From: Balanoglossus misakiensis | Lineage: Eukaryota > Animalia > Hemichordata | Direction: 5' to 3' | Length of the DNA: 64,000 bases | Assembly (NCBI GenBank): GCA_040954595.2 | Contig: CM082596.2 | Span: 2,075,854-2,139,853 of the forward strand | Shown: positions 57,901-64,000 of the stretch, in pieces | Numbering within the stretch: position 1 is the first letter of the stretch | Layout of the letters: every line of letters starts with the position of its first letter | Made by a program: the position numbers and the translations under genes | The notes under the pieces: generated by a model | The model's database searches: none | The model's input: only the letters and a program-made list of their open reading frames with translations | What the model was told of the DNA's origin: nothing

Positions 57901-60900
57901 GAATGTATTACGGATTTACCAGACAGTGTGTTGGGGAAAGCGCTAAGCAAATGCGTGATTGACGGTGAACGGGAAAAGCCAGTTAAGAAAAAAGTCTTTC
58001 AGAAGCAGAGTCCTGTGGAAGAGTTTATTCCGCCACAACCGGTGAGATTGTTAGAGGAAGAAGACGATGACTCGCTGTACCACAGAAAAATCAACAAGGA
58101 ACTTGTGGAGCTGATGAAACAGAGAACCAGTGAGGATCGGAGTTCGGAGGGCAAAGGTCAAACCACCACGCAGCCAAATTGCAAATCTAACATAACCTCA
58201 GGGAATTGTGTGAATGATGTTGATGGAATCCAACCAGGAGATCAAGTGCAGAGCGTACACACACATCAAGTGCCTGTTCAGTTCACAAACGGATCACTGG
58301 CTCTCTGGCTTCCCAGTACGAAGCCGGAACTCATCAAACAATCCTCCCTCAACGAGACTTACAGGGACGGTAGAGAGGATGGACTCTGTGAAGAGGAGAG
58401 ACGACAGCTCTACCGGAGATTGTCGGCCGAGAACCGAGTGCCGTCGTTTATATCACCCGAGAGGCTGAGTCTAGCGAAACAGGAAAGTACACTTGCAGAC
58501 ATCAAAAGCAACAGCCCATTAGTAAACCCGGATGAGAGGCCTATTAGGCCGTACTATGCCTCACAAGAAGCCAGGAAAGAGGGAATGCCAGGCGGAGAAC
58601 AGATCAGCCAAGGCAAAGCATTGGAAGTTGCCAAATGTAGTTCTTCAAACTGCAAGGTGAATTCTTCTGTTGTTGACAGCCCGTGTGGAAAGACAGAAAA
58701 AACTGATGAGGAGCAAGTGAAATCGAAAGACTTGAAATGTTTTCAGGATGGACACAGAGGGGAATCGCCTAGTGGCGCACGACAGACCCTAGAAACAAAG
58801 TCTGTATCAGATGCAGACAAGGTGAAAAATCCTAGTGTGGTGGGAGGACCATCGCCAAAGGCCACTAACAAACCTATCCCACCGCCCGTTCCCAAGAAAC
58901 CAGGCAGAACGCAGTCAGACTCTTCCCTCCTGAACAAACCTTCCAAGATGTCAACATTCCAGATTCCACCGATGGAAACACAAGACCTGGAGACTGCGGA
59001 GTCCACGTTCGTGTTGGGGTGCGCGTCTGTGAGGGAGGTGGAAGCCTTGAATGCACAAACGAAGGATTTTACTTTGCTGAATCTGTCGCCGAGACTGGTT
59101 TTTAAGAGTGCACCACTCAAGAGAAGTCCCTGTCAGATTCTCAGCAATGGAATTCTTGAAGACGAATCTGAAATGGCATCAGAAGAAAGTAAACATTTTA
59201 AGTGAGTATTTGTTTTCGAGTAAATATTGTAAATAAGAAAAAATGCATTTTAAATAGACTTAGTTCGTGAACTAATCTTAATCTACACAGTTGAATACAA
59301 TATTTATGTTACTCAAAACTTGACCAGATTATCATGTTCGCATTGTTGTAACTTTTAGTCCAAGTAACAGATTGGGTTTTGAAGTTTAAGGAGTTTAGTA
59401 CGTGCTTGTCCTTCGGACAGTTCTTCTAGCTGTTTGACCACCAGAGATTAAATTGTCCAGGGGGAATGAGTAGAAAACAGGTACATTTCCAATAGAAAAT
59501 CAAGCCTAGACTTTTGCTTTATTTAGTGTGATTGATCTGTTGTGTTTCAGGCCCTTGGCATTTACCTTGTCAGCTGCAGAGAAATCCAAGAAGAGTGGAT
59601 CCATAGATTCGCTGAATTCCCTCACATCTGTGGACTCTGTTGGATCTGCCGCTGCCAGTCTTCACAGCAGCATTAGCAAGAAGTCAGCTACTCCCTTGGT
59701 AAGACAAAACAAAATTCTTAAGACAACAACCCAAGTAATGGTATTGACATCAAATTTTCCACAATAACAGAGGTGATTACACACATATTGGCTTTGTTGA
59801 AATACCACACATTCCATCATGCCTCAGGGAATCTAAACTTAAACTCAGTAGATACAAAACAGTACTCAAAAGATAGTTAGAAGTTAGAACTAAAAGAGCT
59901 CTAATGTGTTTCCATTTTCCAGAGTGAATTTTTGTCAGACTCAGAGGAGGAAGAAGACAAACCAATTGTCAACTTTATTGATGTGCTGACTTCATGGACA
60001 CCATCGTCAAAATTAACAGACGCTGAACCAATCAAATCTGGTGAAGAAACAATGCAAAAAGTAAGTTGTACTTGTATGCATTTGATGTGGAGTATCTGGC
60101 TGGTTGAAACCTCAACTTTTTGAGGTTTGACTTGGCAAGGGTCCGCTGTACCAGGTACATTGGTACAGATCCTTTAACTGGTACTCAAATTTTATTCAAA
60201 CATTTTCCATGAAAACTGTGAGGTTTTCCTCAAGCCAAAAATGCTGTGGACAATTGTATATCCTAATATTGAGTAATAATGCTGTGATATTTAATAAACT
60301 GGAAATATTAACATTTCTTTCTCATTTGTATTTTGTCGCTGACTATAGGAAGTGAAACATACTGAGCGTGAACCCAAGGCTGATAAAAATGATGAATGCA
60401 AAACTGATAACCATGGCAACAAGAGACCAATCGACGACAGGGGAGCATTTAAACTTTCCAACGAGAGACGGCCAAAACTAGAGACATCTTCCGAGTTAAG
60501 GAATGGTCACTCAGAAACAGAACATGTTAATGGAATCACTCCAGCAGTGCAGGGACTTGGTCTGACAGCCGATGCTGTTTGTTCGGATAAGAATGGGAAA
60601 GTGTTGTTTGAACAGGAGGATAGCAGTGCTGATCCGAGTGAAATGAAGGACTTGGGCACGGAAAAGTTTTGCCAGAAGGATCCCAAAGTTGTGAAGGAAA
60701 ACTTCAACGCTACAAGTGCAAAAATTGAAGAGATCAGGAAAACCAGCACCCCAAACGGCGAGAGGACGACAGTGGATGATTGCGCAGTTTTGACGAGACC
60801 TACGACTTTGTTCATTCCGACGACAAAAGCGACGACGTTGCGGCCGTTTGATTATAAAATGATGCTACGGGGTGAGAGTGACAGAAAACAAAATAACGTG

Positions 60901-63028
60901 CAACTGTACAAGCGTCCAGTGTACAGCTGCAATGTCACTGCTAAGTACCACCCTCCAACGAACACCGCTGCTGCAACTATGCAGCACAGGACAGTTGCCA
61001 TGGAGACCTCGCATGGCGGAGGAAAAATGCTGCAAACATCAGCCTCGCATAATGGAGTAAAGTTGCAACCGACGTCTACAACATTGGTGGACAAGTGTGG
61101 GACGAGACTACCGAGACCTTTAAGGAAAAATGAACCCAGGCCAGTCTTCCTCAGGAGTGTGTATCATGAAAACCAGAGTACAAAACCACAGTTGGGGGCA
61201 GTGTCCACGAGTCACTTCGCGATGAAAAACGACGATGTGCCGTTCATCGACGACAGCAGTAGTGGGCAGGATAGCGACAGTCTGAAAACACCAGAAGACT
61301 TTGCGAGGATTGAGAAGGAGCAACGGAGAGCAGATTTGTGTGAGGAAGGACAGTTCAGAGGAGTCAGCACTGCAGAACTAGGGTCTCATAGTAGTGTTGG
61401 CAAACAGAAAATAAACGGATTTGCGGCGGAGTTTGTTGGGAAAGGGAGTACGAAAGCGGTCAGTCAGGTATCGAGAACAGATGAGCCCGTACAGGGTGTG
61501 AGGACTTTGGAGAATACACAGGGTGCACAACGGGTCGAAATTTTCCTCAACCAGGCCGACAGAAGGACAGACTCACAGGGTGTCAGACACAGTGATAGAA
61601 CCACTGACGTGACCAGTGGTGGGTACACTCACCAAACAAACACTACCTATGACACACACCCTCAGAGATCAGTCAACACAACCAGTAGCAAACACTGTCA
61701 AACGAGTGGAGACACTACAGGTGACAGACACCCACAGTTACTGAATTACTCTCAGGACAGATACCCACCTACAAGGACTTCTCATCAGGAACCTAACAAA
61801 ATGCAAAACACATGTACTCTACCTGCTGTCCCGAATACAGGATCCTGTGAAAGATCTTCGCACCAAGATGAACGCCAAACTTGTCACAGACCATCTCAGC
61901 CAACACAGATTGATATCAGAGTTGAAAGCAAGGCAGCTCCCATTATAAGTGCTGATTTGATGGAAGACTTTGAAGGGTCTGACCTCTACGACAGTGATGA
62001 CCTGGAAAGTGCTGGAGAGGGATCTGCACAACTTGATGAACATGTGAGTCTGTTCTTTAATGCTACTGCTTCAGATGAAGATCCATTTCATTGTAATAGA
62101 GTGAATACACTTTAAAATGCATCATACCTACATGTATTACATTACTATTTTCCCTCTGATTTTGCAGGAAAGAGCCAATCTGTTGGATTCGTTTTTTGAG
62201 AGCGACAGCGATGATTCAGCTGGAGATAGCGATGACTCTGACAGCAGTCACCCGGGAGAAGATACCTTCTTGCGATTGATTGGTGAGAAAGGTACGCAAT
62301 GATATCTTAACCCTTTCATCCCTAGTTTCCTCTGTAGAGGGCCAACTTCACCATAGGAAACAATGGATTTGGACCAAACTCTGGTGGTTAAAGGGGCATT
62401 TCATGTAACACTTGATAATTTCTTTTCAGTATGTTCTGTCTTGTGGATCCAAGCTTTTGTTCTGCTCACTGAAATGAGTTGAAACATTCACTGAGTAGAA
62501 TTCATACCAACACAAGTTTGTTTTGGTCTCCCAGGCAACAGGAGACAGGTGCTGAGGTACTCAGAAACCAACCGAGTGTCCATCTTGGATTTCAAAATCC
62601 AAGAGCTGTACACAAGATATGATGACAAGGAACGGGAGGCGATGGCGTGTTTTGACTTCTTGGAGGAGCTGGTTGAGGAGATTGACACAGAGGCCAATGT
62701 AAGTGAAGTTGATGTCCTTTATTTAAACAAGCACACTATCTATTTCGAAGTTCAGAAAGAAATGTCACCATGAAACACTGCATGTCTTGAAATGAGGAAT
62801 TTCAAATTTTTGGGTCTCTTGCAGGATAATCCATTCATGGACACAAATCAGAACAGCCAGACAGACATTGCATCAGAGGGTGCCAAGGTGGACTCAGACA
62901 GTGATGATGAGGGCATGCAGCGTGAGAGACACTCTGAAGGAAGCTCGTCTCCCGAGCGACTGTCACTAAGTGATTCCCTTTACGACAGCTACTCTTCATC
63001 AAGTCACAGTCTCTCCAGTAATCATTAG
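12814..63028 (+). CDS. NCKAP5: NCKAP5/NCKAP5L-like protein, 17 coding exons, ~2146 aa: join(12814..12939,20581..20648,36525..36588,40631..40855,42241..42330,47039..47170,50303..50341,55225..55350,55805..55927,56097..56288,56419..59201,59551..59698,59923..60060,60349..62043,62168..62291,62535..62698,62825..63028)
   Basis: All introns are GT-AG with polypyrimidine tracts and matching phases, giving one open frame that ends at TAG 63026-63028. Exons 2-8 closely match the human NCKAP5 N-terminus as I recall it (EYMD.., WREKLAVARLQRE, LLERLKALEAENSALALENENQREQYERCLDEVANQVVQALLTQKDLREECVKLKTRVFDLEQQN). NCKAP5 versus NCKAP5L cannot be resolved; it is probably co-orthologous to both. Confidence 0.88.
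17817..17835. repeat. G12-T-C6 homopolymer tract
   Basis: Read directly from the sequence. Confidence 0.8.
19818..19865. repeat. (CACAA)9 pentanucleotide microsatellite
   Basis: Perfect tandem units 19821-19865 preceded by a partial CAA. Confidence 0.95.
20581..20648 (+). CDS. NCKAP5: Exon 2: EYMDKKIDELSRQLQEEKQNTR(R)
   Basis: Acceptor tttcttgtag|, donor AG|GTAAGA, phase 0 to 2. Resembles NCKAP5 EYMDSNKYIEHLLTQLEEQHRSLWR. Confidence 0.88.
22520..22843 (+). promoter_or_regulatory. Candidate internal promoter and alternative first exon (MAEDR...)
   Basis: Locally CpG-rich, CCAAT box (cagccaatcag, ~22544-22554), ATG 22830 in gacATGg context, donor AG|GTGAGA in phase 2 matching exon 3. Confidence 0.45.
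36525..36588 (+). CDS. NCKAP5: Exon 3: (R)EKLAVARLQRELSKVKTETPS
   Basis: Long T-run then caatag| acceptor, donor |GTAAGT, phase 2 to 0. REKLAVARLQRE is identical to NCKAP5. Confidence 0.93.
40631..40855 (+). CDS. NCKAP5: Exon 4: RETLMKDLVKERELRLEAEKRLTEMTTESE...NVILAYE (coiled coil)
   Basis: Acceptor ctttccag|, donor GAG|GTAAAC, 225 nt, phase 0-0. Resembles NCKAP5 ELEEERHLRLQSEKRLQEVTLESE. Confidence 0.92.
42241..42330 (+). CDS. NCKAP5: Exon 5: NNLQKFRTHINNLEQDNSSLMNEFQNRQSL
   Basis: Acceptor ctttttccag|, donor TTG|GTAAGT, 90 nt, phase 0-0, heptad-like sequence. Confidence 0.85.
44984..45039. repeat. Interrupted (GGTT)n microsatellite
   Basis: Two runs of ggtt separated by G-rich sequence. 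Confidence 0.8.
47039..47170 (+). CDS. NCKAP5: Exon 6: VNQEESRKEKSLLLERLRALEAENSALVLENESQREQYERCLDE
   Basis: Acceptor ttttccag|, donor GAG|GTAAGC. Near-identical to the NCKAP5/NCKAP5L core. Confidence 0.95.
50303..50341 (+). CDS. NCKAP5: Exon 7 (39-nt micro-exon): VANQVVQALLMQK
   Basis: Acceptor gtttacag|, donor AAG|GTAAGT. Matches VANQVVQALLTQK. Confidence 0.94.
52952..53098. promoter_or_regulatory. Array of RFX X-box-like 14-mers, alternatively a degenerate ~26-bp tandem repeat
   Basis: GTTTCCAAGGTTAC 52952, GTTATCAGGGCTAC 52977, GTTTCCAGGGTAAC 53003, GTTGCTAAGGTTAC 53057, GTTCCCAGGGTTTG 53085. Confidence 0.5.
54897..54979 (-). mobile_element. Second copy of the TTAA-flanked MITE-like element
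   Basis: Reverse complement ttaactctatcaccccactttcctctggagtggtccaac...aacaaatggagttgg compares with ttaaccctttcatccctagtttcctctgtagagggccaac...aacaatggatttgg at 62307. Confidence 0.6.
55225..55350 (+). CDS. NCKAP5: Exon 8: DLRAECIKLQNRVFDLEQQNKILNMMFERERQRHSTRELSMQ
   Basis: Acceptor tttgacag|, donor CAG|GTGAGG. Matches DLREECVKLKTRVFDLEQQNRTL. Confidence 0.94.
55805..55927 (+). CDS. NCKAP5: Exon 9: TYPSKHSRGRGL...TTSNSASQ
   Basis: Acceptor ttttttcccag|, donor CAG|GTCAGT, 123 nt, phase 0-0. Confidence 0.78.
56097..56288 (+). CDS. NCKAP5: Exon 10: ALYRPQGATGS...HSNQANH
   Basis: Acceptor tttttcag|, donor CAT|GTAAGT, 192 nt, phase 0-0. Confidence 0.82.
56419..59201 (+). CDS. NCKAP5: Exon 11 (2783 nt): Ser/Asp/Lys-rich, probably disordered
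   Basis: Contains the 921-aa ORF. Acceptor tattacag| is in frame with ATG 56440; donor AA|GTGAGT, phase 2. Confidence 0.88.
59551..59698 (+). CDS. NCKAP5: Exon 12: (K)PLAFTLSAAEKSKKSGSIDSLNSLTSVDSVGS...SATPL
   Basis: Acceptor tgtttcag| completes the phase-2 codon AAG; donor TTG|GTAAGA. Confidence 0.83.
59923..60060 (+). CDS. NCKAP5: Exon 13: SEFLSDSEEEEDKPIVNFIDVLTSW...ETMQK
   Basis: Acceptor ttttccag|, donor AAA|GTAAGT, 138 nt, phase 0-0. Confidence 0.83.
60349..62043 (+). CDS. NCKAP5: Exon 14 (1695 nt): Thr/Ser/Gln-rich, probably disordered
   Basis: Contains most of the 587-aa ORF. Acceptor gactatag|, donor CAT|GTGAGT. An alternative in-frame donor lies at 62101. Confidence 0.85.
62168..62291 (+). 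CDS. NCKAP5: Exon 15: ERANLLDSFFESDSDDSAGDSDDSDSSHPGEDTFLRLIGEK(G)
   Basis: Acceptor ttttgcag|, donor AAG|GTACGC, phase 1. An alternative phase-1 donor G|GTGAGA lies at 62283. Confidence 0.8.
62307..62396 (+). mobile_element. ~90-bp MITE-like element, TTAA-CCCTTT...AAAGGGG, in intron 15
   Basis: Terminal inverted repeat with TTAA at the left end. Aligns by eye with 54897-54979 (reverse strand) and partly with 35297-35350 and 54579-54642. Confidence 0.65.
62535..62698 (+). CDS. NCKAP5: Exon 16: (G)NRRQVLRYSETNRVSILDFKIQELYTRYDDKEREAMACFDFLEELVEEIDTEAN
   Basis: Acceptor tctcccag|, phase 1; donor AAT|GTAAGT. Confidence 0.85.
62825..63028 (+). CDS. NCKAP5: Terminal coding exon 17: DNPFMDTNQNS...SSSHSLSSNH*
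   Basis: Acceptor ctcttgcag|, phase 0; stop TAG at 63026-63028. Confidence 0.82.
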   Translation, partial: DNPFMDTNQNSQTDIASEGAKVDSDSDDEGMQRERHSEGSSSPERLSLSDSLYDSYSSSSHSLSSNH

Positions 63029-63977
63029 AAGCCTTTCACAGATTCTCCAGGTCCCCGCATGTATACTCAGATCCAGTCATGATGCTGTGTACCCCAAAAG
63101 TAGGGACGATGAAACAGATTCAGTGACACATCCCAGATGCATCCGGATTGAACTTTAAAAAGTGTCTCAACCTCATCAGAAGACATGAAAAACTGTGTCT
63201 CTTCATAATCAGAAGATAAGAAAATTTACATTTTCACAAATGTAAATTATATATACATTATAAATGACAAGATGTATACAAAAATGTATTTTTGATGAAC
63301 AAGAAGAAATATCTCTGTTTTTTGCTAATCATGGAAGACGTTTCATGTTATCGATAAAACTTAAGTGTGAAATCTTTTATGTATATTTAGAAGAATAAGA
63401 AGCCAGCCTTAGTTCTTTGTGGTGTGGTTAATGTGTACAGTCTATAAAAGACAAAGTTTGGTTAAAAATCCTGCTTTCTACGTTAATGATTATTCTGAGT
63501 TGGTACTTTTATGTCGATGATGAAAATGCTTTCAGTTTATGTATCTTGTGTTTCTAAGGAATTGGTGATCCATGACTGCTGCCATAAAAACAAAAAGAGT
63601 TACAGAAATCACATGAGGGCGCTTCCATACTTGAGCATATTCCCACATCCCCTAAAATTAGTAAACACTGACTCTACAACAGAGGGTGGTTAATTATTTT
63701 GTAGTTTAAATTTTAAAAAATGACTAGAGTTATGAAAAATGTTTTCTAATGAAGTGGAATATTAATGACGTCCCAGTTACTTGTAGTGTGGAACTTTTAC
63801 TTCCAACCAGGAAGACAACTGAACTGAAATATAAATCAAGTCCGTTTCTACTGTGCCAATAATAACTCATCTTTTTTGTATCAGCATTATGCAGGAATCC
63901 CACATTTTTTATGACACCCATTTTGATATAAAACTTCCTCCATAAGAAATTATTTTTATAACACGCCTTCCTATTTG

Positions 63978-63983
63978 AATAAA
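63978..63983 (+). terminator. Candidate polyadenylation signal AATAAA, ending a ~950-nt AT-rich 3' UTR
   Basis: First exact AATAAA I found downstream of the stop codon. The cleavage site would fall near the window edge. Confidence 0.45.
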
Positions 63984-64000
63984 CAGCAAGACCTTTTACC

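Noticed and set aside
56561-61008. X-box-like words inside coding exons (GTTGCCATGGCAGC, GTTGCCATGGAGAC)
   Set aside because: They can be explained by codon sequence, so I did not count them as regulatory evidence.
56440-62115. The 921-aa and 587-aa ORFs as stand-alone genes
   Set aside because: Both are bounded by phase-compatible splice sites and join into the NCKAP5-like frame. Their stops lie inside introns; TGA 59203 is part of the GTGAGT donor.
56318-62697. Minus-strand ORFs overlapping the large exons
   Set aside because: These are antisense shadows of real coding sequence.

Overview
AT-rich animal genomic DNA with spliceosomal GT-AG introns, probably from an invertebrate; the species cannot be fixed from the sequence. 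One plus-strand gene fills most of the window: an NCKAP5/NCKAP5L(CEP169)-family homologue. I assembled 17 phase-compatible coding exons from 12814 to 63028 (6441 nt, about 2146 aa), with a candidate polyA signal at 63978. Exons 2-8 encode the family N-terminal coiled coil (EYMD..., REKLAVARLQRE, LLERLRALEAENSALVLENESQREQYERCLDEVANQVVQALLMQKDLRAECIKL..RVFDLEQQN). A long, low-complexity region follows, mostly in two very large exons, and then an acidic tail. I see no prokaryote-type systems, RNA genes or intact transposons. The best second-look items are several candidate alternative first exons, a periodic array of RFX X-box-like motifs in intron 7 next to an orphan splice donor, a ~90-bp TTAA-flanked MITE-like repeat in about four copies, and short linear motifs in the protein. 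These are inferences needing expression or homology data. I found no clearly new biological system.
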